Positions 31,387 to 39,308 of a DNA stretch of 58,289 bases are shown here, piece by piece. The position numbers and the translations under genes are program-made. The stretch is from Anaerolineales bacterium. GTDB lineage: Bacteria; Chloroflexota; Anaerolineae; Anaerolineales; UBA4823. The notes below the pieces were generated by a model, which was not told where the DNA came from, searched no databases, and saw nothing but the letters and a program-made list of their open reading frames with translations. The stretch covers positions 1 through 58,289 of the forward strand of contig DATDRQ010000310.1 of assembly GCA_035291645.1 (NCBI GenBank), written 5' to 3'. How positions within the stretch are numbered: position 1 is the stretch's first letter; every line of letters starts with the position of its first letter.

Positions 31387-32454
31387 ATGGCTCAACCTCA
31401 ATACCTGCCTCTGCTCGAACTCACCCGGGGTGACACGGTCGAGTCGCTTCACCACGGATCGATCGCCATCTCGGATTCGAAAGGTCACCTGGTCGCCTGG
31501 TATGGGGATCCACAGGTGGTCACCTTCCTGCGCTCCACGGCAAAACCTTTCCAGGCTCTTCCGTTCTTCGAACATGGCGGCCAGGCCGCCTTCGACCTGA
31601 CACCCGCCGAAATCGCCCTGATCTGCGCCTCCCACTCGGGGACGGATGAGCACGTCGCCGTAGCCTTGAAAATCCAATCCAAAGCAGGCCTCCAGGAAAC
31701 AGACCTGCTGTGTGGTGTTCATCCACCATACGACGATGCCACTGCGGATGCCATGCGGCTACGCGGAGAACAGCCCACTCCCAACCGGCACAACTGCTCG
31801 GGGAAACACACCGGGATGCTGGCTTTTGCCCGCATGCAAGGCTGGTCAACCGATAACTATATCGATCTGCACCATCCTGTCCAGCGCGAGATCATCAAGA
31901 CTTTTGCGGAGATGTGCGCCCTGCCTCCTGAGCAGGTACGCATCGGAATCGACGGCTGCTCCGCGCCGAACTTTGCCGTTCCACTGTGCAATGCTGCTTT
32001 GGCATTCGCAAAATTGGGCGATCCTACCAGTCTACCCCCGGCTCGGGCCGCTGCCTGCCGGCAAATCGTGACTTCCATGACCAGCCATCCGGAAATGGTG
32101 GCTGGACCCGGGCGGTTCGACACCCTTTTGATGAGAAATACTTCCGGGCGCATATTGGCCAAGGCAGGCGCCGAGGGCTATCAGGGACTGGCTCTGCTGC
32201 CCGGGTGGTTAGGCCCCGGTTCACCTGCCCTCGGCATCGCCATAAAGATCGCGGACGGCGACTTGCGCGGCCGCGCCCGGCCAGCCGTTTCTCTCGCAGC
32301 CCTGTGGCAGCTCGGCGCGCTTTCCACCGCCGAGCTGGAGTCCCTGGCCGAATTCGGTCCCGAGTTTACCCTTTCCAACTGGCGCCAGATCCAGGTTGGA
32401 CTCGGTAGACCTTGCTTCCGGCTAGCCTTTGCAGAACGAGATATCCGGGAATAG
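31387..32454 (+). CDS. asparaginase, type II family (Rhizobium-type, PF06089-like)
   Basis: LRSTAKPFQALP, CASHSGTDEHV and NCSGKHTGML blocks. GGGAG lies upstream of ATG 31387. Confidence 0.8.
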   Translation: MAQPQYLPLLELTRGDTVESLHHGSIAISDSKGHLVAWYGDPQVVTFLRSTAKPFQALPFFEHGGQAAFDLTPAEIALICASHSGTDEHVAVALKIQSKAGLQETDLLCGVHPPYDDATADAMRLRGEQPTPNRHNCSGKHTGMLAFARMQGWSTDNYIDLHHPVQREIIKTFAEMCALPPEQVRIGIDGCSAPNFAVPLCNAALAFAKLGDPTSLPPARAAACRQIVTSMTSHPEMVAGPGRFDTLLMRNTSGRILAKAGAEGYQGLALLPGWLGPGSPALGIAIKIADGDLRGRARPAVSLAALWQLGALSTAELESLAEFGPEFTLSNWRQIQVGLGRPCFRLAFAERDIRE

Positions 32455-32456
32455 CG

Positions 32457-33128
32457 ATGGATCAGGCCGAGCTAGCGCGTGCTGTTCACGAGAGACTGCT
32501 CGAATACTACGGCTATCCCCAGTGGCGCGAGCCGCTGCCTCCCTTAGACGAGCTGATCTCGACCATCCTGTCCCAAAACACCAACGATACCAACCGGGAC
32601 CGGGCTTTCCGGGCTTTACGCACGCGTTTCGAATCCTGGGAAGAGGTGAGGGATGCCGCTCCTTCGGCGGTGATCGAGGCTATCCGCCCGGCGGGACTGG
32701 CGAACCAAAAGGGGCCGCGCATCCAGGCTATCTTGCGAGCGATCACGGAAGAGCGTGGAGACCTCGAGCTCGACTTCCTGAGAGAGCTGCCCACCGAGGA
32801 CGCACAGCGCTGGCTGCTACACTTCAACGGAGTCGGCCCGAAAACCGCCGCCATCGTGTTGCTCTTCTCCCTGGACAGGCCGGCTTTCCCGGTCGATACC
32901 CATATCTTCAGGGTGACCGGGCGGCTCGGGATTCGCCCTGAAAAAGTTGACGCAGTCCAGGCGCACGTTCTTCTGGCTGAACTGCTGCCCCGCGAGGCGT
33001 ACTATCCGGGCCATCTGAACCTGATCCGTCTGGGGCGCGAGATCTGCCAGGCACGCAAGCCGCTCTGCCAGATCTGCCCGCTGAAAGACCTGTGTGCATA
33101 TTACGCGAGTCTCGGTTCAATACTCTAA
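32457..33128 (+). CDS. nth: endonuclease III family DNA glycosylase/lyase
   Basis: HhH-GPD region LHFNGVGPKTAAIVLLF and a C-terminal C-x6-C-x2-C-x5-C cluster (CQARKPLCQICPLKDLC). Confidence 0.85.
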   Translation: MDQAELARAVHERLLEYYGYPQWREPLPPLDELISTILSQNTNDTNRDRAFRALRTRFESWEEVRDAAPSAVIEAIRPAGLANQKGPRIQAILRAITEERGDLELDFLRELPTEDAQRWLLHFNGVGPKTAAIVLLFSLDRPAFPVDTHIFRVTGRLGIRPEKVDAVQAHVLLAELLPREAYYPGHLNLIRLGREICQARKPLCQICPLKDLCAYYASLGSIL

Positions 33129-33186
33129 CATCCGGTCCAATCGCCCGGCCTGATAGATTGCCACCATCCGAATTGAGGATACTCTC

Positions 33187-33630
33187 TTGGACATCTACTT
33201 TGCCTGCTCGATCACAGGAGGCCGCCAGGCAGAAGCGGCCTATCAGGTCATCGTCCAGACACTCGAGGCAGCCGGGCATACCGTTCCGACCGCACACCTC
33301 TCGCAACCAGATGCGCTCTCCATGGAAGCAATCGTCGATCCGTATGTTGTCTTTCGGCGTGATATCGAATGGATCAACACTGCCCAGGCATTGATCGCCG
33401 AGGTGAGCACCCCTTCGCATGGGGTCGGATACGAGGTCGCTTACGCGTTGAGCATCGGCAAGCCGGTGCTGTGCTGCTATCTGGACGGCATCCCAGTCTC
33501 GAAGATGATCACCGGCAACACCCACCCACGCCTGCAGGTCCGGGCATACCGGAGCCTGGAGGAGATCCAGCCGCTTGTGAGGCAATTCCTCCAGCAGGTG
33601 GATCTGCTTTATAAGCCAATCATGGACTGA
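33187..33630 (+). CDS. 2'-deoxynucleoside 5'-phosphate N-hydrolase (DNPH1/Rcl-like, nucleoside 2-deoxyribosyltransferase superfamily)
   Basis: TTG start. DIYFACSITGGR.. and ..LIAEVSTPSHGVGYEVAYAL.. align by eye with the DNPH1 blocks YFCGSIRGGR and VVAEVTQPSLGVGYELG. Confidence 0.7.
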   Translation: MDIYFACSITGGRQAEAAYQVIVQTLEAAGHTVPTAHLSQPDALSMEAIVDPYVVFRRDIEWINTAQALIAEVSTPSHGVGYEVAYALSIGKPVLCCYLDGIPVSKMITGNTHPRLQVRAYRSLEEIQPLVRQFLQQVDLLYKPIMD

Positions 33631-33856
33631 GGTGAACAATATCACCTTTAACTTGTGACCTTTGGCATTCAACATCGCTGGCCGAATCCGGTAAACTATA
33701 GGCAGAGCAAAGACGGGACTCAGGACACCTCCTGATGCTCATCGCTGTTTCCTCCTTTGGCGAAAGCCTCCGCCGGGATTTTCCTCACCGCCCCGGCGGA
33801 GGCGGCTTTAACCTTCCCTTACGTTTCCAGGCGATTTTTTCCCTCCCTTTCTTTTT

Positions 33857-33941
33857 TATACGACGGTCTTCGAATCCGTGCTTGGACGTAAGCCTGCTTG
33901 CGCGCAAGCCTGGGTGGTCCGGAAACCGCGCCCAACTTAAT
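33857..33941 (-). repeat. intergenic structured repeat, copy C (inverted orientation)
   Basis: The reverse complement reads ATTAAGTTGGGCGCGGTTTCCGGACCACCCAGGCTTGCGCGCAAGCAGGCTTACGTCCAAGCACGGATTCGAAGACCGTCGTATAAA, nearly collinear with copy B. Confidence 0.85.
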
Positions 33942-34002
33942 CGGGAGTCTTCCAGTACAGATTCCACTTTGTTAGAGTTGTATAATAGATCTGCGAAAGT
34001 GC

Positions 34003-34032
34003 TTGACTCGACATCCTTAGAGCGCATAGAAT
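34003..34032 (+). promoter_or_regulatory. candidate promoter of the DnaJ-class gene (TTGACT-18-TAGAAT)
   Basis: Hexamers at 34003-34008 and 34027-34032, about 60 nt upstream of ATG 34094. Same hexamer pattern as the hsp20 promoter candidate. Confidence 0.4.
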
Positions 34033-34093
34033 ATATTTGAGTTTTTAATGTCTGGTGCTCGCCTCGGGGAAGGATCACCACCAAAGATATTTT

Positions 34094-35062
34094 ATGGATT
34101 ATAAAGATTACTATAAGATCCTGGGCGTCGATCGGAAGGCAAACGAAGGTGAGATCAAACGCGCCTACCGGAAACTGGCTCTGCTATACCACCCGGACCG
34201 AAATGCAGGAGATAAGCAAGCAGAAGAAAAATTCAAGGAGATCAACGAAGCTTATCAAGTCCTGAGCGACTCTGAAAAGCGCGCCCGTTACGAAGAGCTG
34301 GGGGAATCCTATTCACGCTGGCAGCAGCGCGGTGGAGCACCTGGCGGCTTCGACTGGGATGAGTGGTACTCCGCGCAAGCCCAGGGTCGCGGTCCGAGGA
34401 CCGGGGGTGTACGGGTCGAGGTCGGCGATCTAGGGGATATCTTTGGCCAGGCAGGCGCAGGAGACTTTTCCGAGTTCTTTCGCCGTATTTTCGGGGGGAT
34501 GCCGGATGTCGATCCGATTTATCGCAGCGAAGGCCGGAAAAGCACGCGGCGCCGTCCAACAGAGTCCTACCAACAACCGGTTACGATCAGCCTGCAGGAG
34601 GCCTTTCAAGGAACGACCCGTCGAATCGAGGTGGATGGGCGCCAGCTGGAAGTGAAAATCCCGCCAGGATCACGCACCGGCACCAAGGTCCGGGTCGCCG
34701 AAGCGCTCACCACCAGTCCTGACACGCCAAAGAGCGATCTGTACCTGGTCATCCAGGTAGCAGATGACCCGCGCTTCGAGAGAAAAGGGGATGATCTGCA
34801 CACAGACATCCCTGTCGATCTTTTCACAGCTGTTCTCGGAGGAACGGTGACGGTTCCTACGTTGAGTGGAGATGTCGTCCTTACTATTCCAGCTGGGACC
34901 CAGAATGGGCAATCTTTCCGGCTTTCCGGGAGAGGCATGCCGCACTTAAGGAACCCACAGGAGCGAGGGGACATGTACGTCCGGGTCTCGGTGAAAATCC
35001 CGCGGGATTTATCTCCCCGACAAAAAGAATTGTTCCAGGAGATCGCCAACCTGAAAAAATAG
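34094..35062 (+). CDS. J-domain co-chaperone, class II (CbpA/DnaJB-like, no zinc finger)
   Basis: DYYKILGV..YRKLALLYHPDRN (HPD), a G/F-rich linker and DnaJ C-terminal beta domains. No CxxCxGxG repeats. Confidence 0.88.
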   Translation: MDYKDYYKILGVDRKANEGEIKRAYRKLALLYHPDRNAGDKQAEEKFKEINEAYQVLSDSEKRARYEELGESYSRWQQRGGAPGGFDWDEWYSAQAQGRGPRTGGVRVEVGDLGDIFGQAGAGDFSEFFRRIFGGMPDVDPIYRSEGRKSTRRRPTESYQQPVTISLQEAFQGTTRRIEVDGRQLEVKIPPGSRTGTKVRVAEALTTSPDTPKSDLYLVIQVADDPRFERKGDDLHTDIPVDLFTAVLGGTVTVPTLSGDVVLTIPAGTQNGQSFRLSGRGMPHLRNPQERGDMYVRVSVKIPRDLSPRQKELFQEIANLKK

Positions 35063-35127
35063 GTAACAAGATTCCCAGGCAACCATTGGTTGATCATGAA
35101 TAGCACACAAAACAAAAGGGATCGGTG

Positions 35128-36351
35128 ATGAATATACGTACCGTTAATTTTCTTGCCTTAGTCAGTTTACTTACCATATCGCTGTTTGCCTGCCAGGTAC
35201 TCAGCACCCCGGCATTTGTTAATCCTGCGCCTTCGGACACGATCGAGCTGGGGACCTCCATCCCTGTCCTACCGGGGGTTACAGAAATTGCCCAGCAGAC
35301 GACGGAAGAGTCGCTGCAAACCACCGGTAGCGTCCAGAGTTTCCCCGATCTGGTCGATTTGGATGGTACGCTGGTCGCCCTGTACGAGGAAGTCAATCCG
35401 GGAGTCGTCGCCATCCAGGTGCTTACGGAGGATGGGGGCGGACTCGGTTCGGGTTTCGTGATCGACAAAGACGGGCATGTTGTCACGAACTACCACGTGA
35501 TCGAAGGCTTTGATGATCTGGAAGTTGATTTCCAGTCTGGGTTTAAAGCACGCGGGAAAGTCATCGGCACGGACACAGATTCCGACCTGGCTGTTGTAAA
35601 GGTCGAGGCGCCTGAAGAGGAGCTCTTCCCGCTTCCACTGGGAGATTCAGCCCAGTTGAAGGTCGGGCAGACGGTGATCGCCATCGGCAATCCCTTCGGG
35701 CTGAGCGGCTCAATGACGACCGGGATCGTCTCTGCTCTCGGGCGAACGCTCGATTCGATGCGGATCGCTCCAGGTGGGAACAGTTCGTTCACCGCCGGAG
35801 ATATCATCCAGACCGATACCGCCATCAACCCGGGCAACTCCGGAGGACCTTTGATCAACCTGGAAGGCGAGGTGGTAGGGATCAACCGGGCCATCCGCAC
35901 GCTCAACTTCTCCGCCGACTCCGAGCCGGTTAACTCCGGGATAGGCTTCGCAGTCGCCATCAATATCGTCAAACGGGTTGTGCCCGCTTTGATCGAAAAA
36001 GGCAGTTACGACTATCCCTATATTGGCATCTCTAGCCTGGACAATATCAGCCTGCTCGAACAGGAAGCCTTAGGCCTCCCAAGCTCGATCGGGGCTTACA
36101 TTACCGATGTATCGCAAGGCAGTCCTGCCGAGGAAGCCGGGTTACGCGGCGGCGATCGAGCGACTGACTTTCAGGGGATTGAGGCTGGGGGGGATCTAAT
36201 CACCGCCATCGACGGCCAACCTGTGCGCAATTTCAGCGACCTGCTATCTTACCTGATCAACTATAAGAACCCGGGAGATACCGTCCTGCTGACCGTGATT
36301 CGGGATAACGAGGATTTCGAAGTCGAAGTCACCCTCGACAAACGCCCTTAA
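35128..36351 (+). CDS. HtrA/DegP-family serine protease with PDZ domain
   Basis: Signal/anchor helix. Catalytic triad context TNYHVI, DSDLAVVKV and NPGNSGGPL. C-terminal PDZ (..GLRGGD..ITAIDGQPV..). Confidence 0.88.
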   Translation: MNIRTVNFLALVSLLTISLFACQVLSTPAFVNPAPSDTIELGTSIPVLPGVTEIAQQTTEESLQTTGSVQSFPDLVDLDGTLVALYEEVNPGVVAIQVLTEDGGGLGSGFVIDKDGHVVTNYHVIEGFDDLEVDFQSGFKARGKVIGTDTDSDLAVVKVEAPEEELFPLPLGDSAQLKVGQTVIAIGNPFGLSGSMTTGIVSALGRTLDSMRIAPGGNSSFTAGDIIQTDTAINPGNSGGPLINLEGEVVGINRAIRTLNFSADSEPVNSGIGFAVAINIVKRVVPALIEKGSYDYPYIGISSLDNISLLEQEALGLPSSIGAYITDVSQGSPAEEAGLRGGDRATDFQGIEAGGDLITAIDGQPVRNFSDLLSYLINYKNPGDTVLLTVIRDNEDFEVEVTLDKRP

Positions 36352-36463
36352 AGTCCCCACAAACAATGGCCAAAGGAGGCTTAATCCGCCATTACAAGCG
36401 CACCTGGATTACGAAACCGCGTAAGGTCGATCGATTCATCTGGCATGAAGAGAGGAGATTTGT

Positions 36464-37564
36464 ATGTTTACCGAACGCGATTTAGGGGAGTTGTTGGAAT
36501 ACAAAGCGAATCACCCGGTGCTGAGCGTCTATTTGAACACAGACCCGGCTGGTGGGAGCGCAGATGGGTATAAACTTCGCCTGCGCAGCATGCTGAAGGA
36601 AATCGACCTCCCAGCGGACGAACAGATCGTCGAACGCTACTTCGATCACCAACATGACTGGTCGGGTCGGAGCGTAGCCGTTTTTTCCTGCGAACCAGAA
36701 AACTTCTTCCGTGTTTACCCGTTTGCTGTTCCGCTGCGCGACCGTCTCCGGGTGAGCGAGCGCCCGCATGTTAAACCGCTGGCTGACCTGATGGATTCTT
36801 ACGGCGGGTATGGGATCGCCCTGGTCGATAAGCAGGGCGCACGCTTGTTCTACTACCATCTAGGTGAAATCAGGGAGCAGGAGGGGATGGTGGGGGAAAC
36901 CGTCCGCCGCACGAAAAGGGGAGGCAGTTCACAAACCCCGGGAAGGCGCGGCGGCGTCGCCGGGACAACGAATTATGTCGAAGAAGTGACCGAGCGAAAC
37001 ATGAAAGAGGCGGCCGATTTCGCCGCCCGCTTCTTTGCGGAAAACAATGTACGCCGGGTGTTGATCGCAGGCACCGACGAGAACGCGAACGCCTTCCGTA
37101 ACCACCTGCCTAAAGCCTGGCAATCCCTGATCGTTGGCACCTTCCCAATGAGTATGACCGCCGCTTCAGCCGACGTGATGGAACGCGCCGGCGAGGTTGG
37201 CACCCAGGCTGAGCGCCGCCGCGAAGCCCAGCTGCTGCAAACCTTGGTGACCAGCGCTGCCAAAGGGCGAGGTGGGGTGATCGACCTGGAGGATACGCTC
37301 AATGCCGTGCGCGCCGGGCGGGTGATGACGCTAGTTATCCAGGAAGGCTACCGCGCGCCGGGATTTCGCTGCCAGGGATGTGGCTATCTCACTGCCAGTA
37401 TGTTGGAGAGCTGCCCATTCTGTGGAAAATCCTTCGACCAGATCCCCGATGCCGTCGAGCTGGCTGTGCGGCGGGTGATGCAGGATGGCGGTGAGGTGGA
37501 AGTCCTGCATGATGCAGGTGGGGAGAAGGGCTTTCGCGGGATTGGAGCCTTGCTCAGGTATTAA
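36464..37564 (+). CDS. bacterial archaeo-eukaryotic release-factor-like protein (baeRF / Vms1-eRF1-Pelota-like) with an inserted zinc ribbon
   Basis: N-terminus ..HPVLSVYLNTDP.. typical of baeRF/VLRF1-like proteins. A basic loop RRTKRGGSSQTPGRRGG sits where eRF1 has GGQ. C-terminal eRF1-domain-3-like region with CQGCG..CPFCG. GAGGAG SD upstream. Confidence 0.55.
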   Translation: MFTERDLGELLEYKANHPVLSVYLNTDPAGGSADGYKLRLRSMLKEIDLPADEQIVERYFDHQHDWSGRSVAVFSCEPENFFRVYPFAVPLRDRLRVSERPHVKPLADLMDSYGGYGIALVDKQGARLFYYHLGEIREQEGMVGETVRRTKRGGSSQTPGRRGGVAGTTNYVEEVTERNMKEAADFAARFFAENNVRRVLIAGTDENANAFRNHLPKAWQSLIVGTFPMSMTAASADVMERAGEVGTQAERRREAQLLQTLVTSAAKGRGGVIDLEDTLNAVRAGRVMTLVIQEGYRAPGFRCQGCGYLTASMLESCPFCGKSFDQIPDAVELAVRRVMQDGGEVEVLHDAGGEKGFRGIGALLRY

Positions 37565-37581
37565 TCCCACTTTGTTTCGCG

Positions 37582-37615
37582 AAAGAATCCCCTTCCACTG
37601 AGAAGGGGATTCTTT
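37582..37615. terminator. bidirectional hairpin between the convergent baeRF-like and hsp20 genes
   Basis: Perfect 14-bp stem AAAGAATCCCCTTC / GAAGGGGATTCTTT with a 6-nt loop; T/A-rich flanks. Confidence 0.65.
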
Positions 37616-37647
37616 AATTGAGGCAGTCCTCAAAATGAATATTAGAA

Positions 37648-38076
37648 CTACCCGGCGTTTACCTTGATAACCTTCGGGCGGTGTGCTTCGGCCTTGGGGA
37701 CTCGCAGAGTGAAGACGCCGTTCTTCAGGCCGGCCTCCGCCTTGGAGGGATCGAGAGCAGTCGGGAGTGTGATTACGCGAGAGAACCGCCCGGCTGGAAG
37801 TTCGCACACCAAGTACTCGGCGTCATCCTTCTTCTCCCGGAACTCGCCCCGTAAGGTAACGGTGTTGTTCAAGATTTCGATATTTATCTCGTCAGCTTCT
37901 ACCCCAGGCGCCAAAGCCTTGATCAGGTAGGCCTCTTCTTCGGCTTCCACATCCACTGCCAGGAGCCTTTCGCGTTCCGCAGTCTCCTTTTCCGGGAAGC
38001 TCTCAGCCATCAGCCGGTTCATCGCTCCACGCATCGAGACCATCCGCCGGTAAGGGGAAACGTACAGGGTCATCAT
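37648..38076 (-). CDS. small heat-shock protein, Hsp20/alpha-crystallin family
   Basis: 142 aa. Alpha-crystallin domain pattern (..VDVEAEEEAYLIKALAPGV..ITLPTALDPSKAEAGLKNGVFTLRVPK). AAGGAG SD. Confidence 0.9.
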   Translation of the reverse strand: MMTLYVSPYRRMVSMRGAMNRLMAESFPEKETAERERLLAVDVEAEEEAYLIKALAPGVEADEINIEILNNTVTLRGEFREKKDDAEYLVCELPAGRFSRVITLPTALDPSKAEAGLKNGVFTLRVPKAEAHRPKVIKVNAG

Positions 38077-38110
38077 GATCTATCTCCTTGAAATAATTTA
38101 CTTGAGGTTC

Positions 38111-38140
38111 GTTCTATTGGGACAGATGATAATGACTCAA
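38111..38140 (-). promoter_or_regulatory. candidate hsp20 promoter (TTGAGT-18-TAGAAC on the minus strand)
   Basis: -35 is plus-strand 38135-38140 and -10 is 38111-38116, about 28 nt upstream of the AAGGAG-ATG. Confidence 0.4.
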
Positions 38141-38214
38141 TATCAGAAGGGTGCATAACTTCTATAGACGTTTTATAAGAATTGGACCGGGAATTCCGGA
38201 CGAGCGGAGCATTA

Positions 38215-38970
38215 TTATTCCGCCGGGGTTTCCTTGCGGGCAATCAAGATCATGTCTGTGGATGAGGCGCGGTAACGGGTTCGCGTAAAGCTGCCATAAC
38301 TGGCGACCTCCTGGAGCCCGGCCCGCTCCAGTTCAACCAGGTAATCTTCCCGCAATGCCAGGTCGTGACTCGCCACCGCTGTCAGCCGCTGCACACGCCC
38401 ATCCGGCAACAAAAGATCGTAATGCCACTTCACCACGAACCTGTCATCTCTTCTGTTCCATTCGCTGCTGACCTGGAAAGGACCACCGCCGCCAGGATCC
38501 AGCAACGTCTCTTCCCATTCCGGTGCGCCGTAATCAGGCAAATCCCTGAGCGCCAATGGATTCGGCAGGCTGGCCACGAACGCTCCGCCGGGGGAAAGAT
38601 GCTTGTAGACGCAGGCGAGACAATCCTGCCTGGCCTTTCTGGTGAGAGTGCTGAAGGTATTACACGGCATCAGGATCAACGGGAATTCGATCGCCAGGTG
38701 GAACGCAGACATGTCAGCCAGAAAAACACAGGCGTTAGACTCGAACTTTGCCGGCAGATTGTTATGCAAGAAGTCGAGTACATCCGGATCGTTGTCGAGA
38801 CCGTAGACGGTAAACCCGGCCTCGACCAGCGGGGTAAGCACGCGCCCGGTTCCGCAGCCCAATTCCAGCACAGGTCCTCCGTATTCTCCCGCCAGAGAGA
38901 GCCAGAATGGAATATCCTCGGATCGTTGTGAGTGGTGGGTGTGGTACAGCTGCGGGAATTGGTTTTCCAT
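38215..38970 (-). CDS. class I SAM-dependent methyltransferase
   Basis: Motif I VLELGCGTGRV and the acidic residue of motif II (VYGLDNDP). Confidence 0.8.
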   Translation of the reverse strand: MENQFPQLYHTHHSQRSEDIPFWLSLAGEYGGPVLELGCGTGRVLTPLVEAGFTVYGLDNDPDVLDFLHNNLPAKFESNACVFLADMSAFHLAIEFPLILMPCNTFSTLTRKARQDCLACVYKHLSPGGAFVASLPNPLALRDLPDYGAPEWEETLLDPGGGGPFQVSSEWNRRDDRFVVKWHYDLLLPDGRVQRLTAVASHDLALREDYLVELERAGLQEVASYGSFTRTRYRASSTDMILIARKETPAE

Positions 38971-38979
38971 AGTCCTTAT

Positions 38980-39029
38980 TTGATCCTACGGTCTTCGCAT
39001 CCGTGCTCGGAAACCGCGCCCAACTTATT
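38980..39029 (-). repeat. intergenic structured repeat, copy D (internally deleted)
   Basis: The reverse complement reads AATAAGTTGGGCGCGGTTTCCG/AGCACGGATGCGAAGACCGTAGGATCAA. Both termini of the family are kept but the central double palindrome is missing. It ends 9 nt before the methyltransferase ATG. Confidence 0.7.
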
Positions 39030-39076
39030 CCGAGCGAACACTATCCTCCAGGTCAACTCCTCCTGTCAACTCCTCC

Positions 39077-39106
39077 TTGACGGCAATCCGCTATCCGCAT
39101 TATACT
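39077..39106 (+). promoter_or_regulatory. candidate tRNA-Pro promoter (TTGACG-18-TATACT)
   Basis: The -10 ends 9 nt before the first tRNA base. Confidence 0.5.
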
Positions 39107-39115
39107 CACGACACC

Positions 39116-39191
39116 CGGGGTGTAGCGCAGTTGGTAGCGCACCGCGTTTGGGACGCGGGGGTCAGCGGTTCGAGTCCGCTCACCCCGACCA
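39116..39191 (+). tRNA. tRNA-Pro (anticodon TGG), CCA encoded
   Basis: Acceptor CGGGGTG/CACCCCG, D arm GCGCAGTTGGTAGCGC, anticodon arm CCGCG-TTTGGGA-CGCGG, T arm GCGGTTCGAGTCCGC, then ACCA. Confidence 0.92.
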
Positions 39192-39209
39192 ATGGGTTTC
39201 CTCTCGGAT

Positions 39210-39264
39210 GAAACGTGAACCGTGAATCTCTAAACTCTTTCACGCTTCACGTTTCGCATTTTTA
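39210..39264 (+). terminator. rho-independent terminator after tRNA-Pro
   Basis: 17-bp imperfect inverted repeat GAAACGTGAACCGTGAA ..12-nt loop.. TTCACGCTTCACGTTTC, followed by GCATTTTTA. Confidence 0.6.
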
Positions 39265-39308
39265 CGCATGCTCATCTAAATTCACATCTTATCGCGGGAG
39301 CTAATCAG

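Noticed and set aside
33735-34040. 101-aa ORF in the DNPH1-dnaJ spacer
   Set aside because: It runs straight through repeat copy C and has no SD, so it is an artefact of the repeat sequence.
36366-36485. Possible 39-codon basic uORF (MAKGGLIRHYKRTWITKPRKVDRFIWHEERRFVCLPNAI) ending 20 nt inside the baeRF-like gene
   Set aside because: It has no SD, there is no way to test conservation here, and it is short enough to arise by chance. It is noted only because a leader peptide upstream of a release-factor-like gene would be interesting. Ribosome profiling or conservation in relatives would be needed.
38100-38144. Inverted CTTGAG / CTCAA half-sites upstream of hsp20, considered as a HAIR (HspR) or CIRCE operator
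   Set aside because: The spacing is about 29 nt rather than the N7 of HAIR, and there is no TTAGCACTC-N9-GAGTGCTAA. It overlaps the proposed -35 and is probably coincidental.
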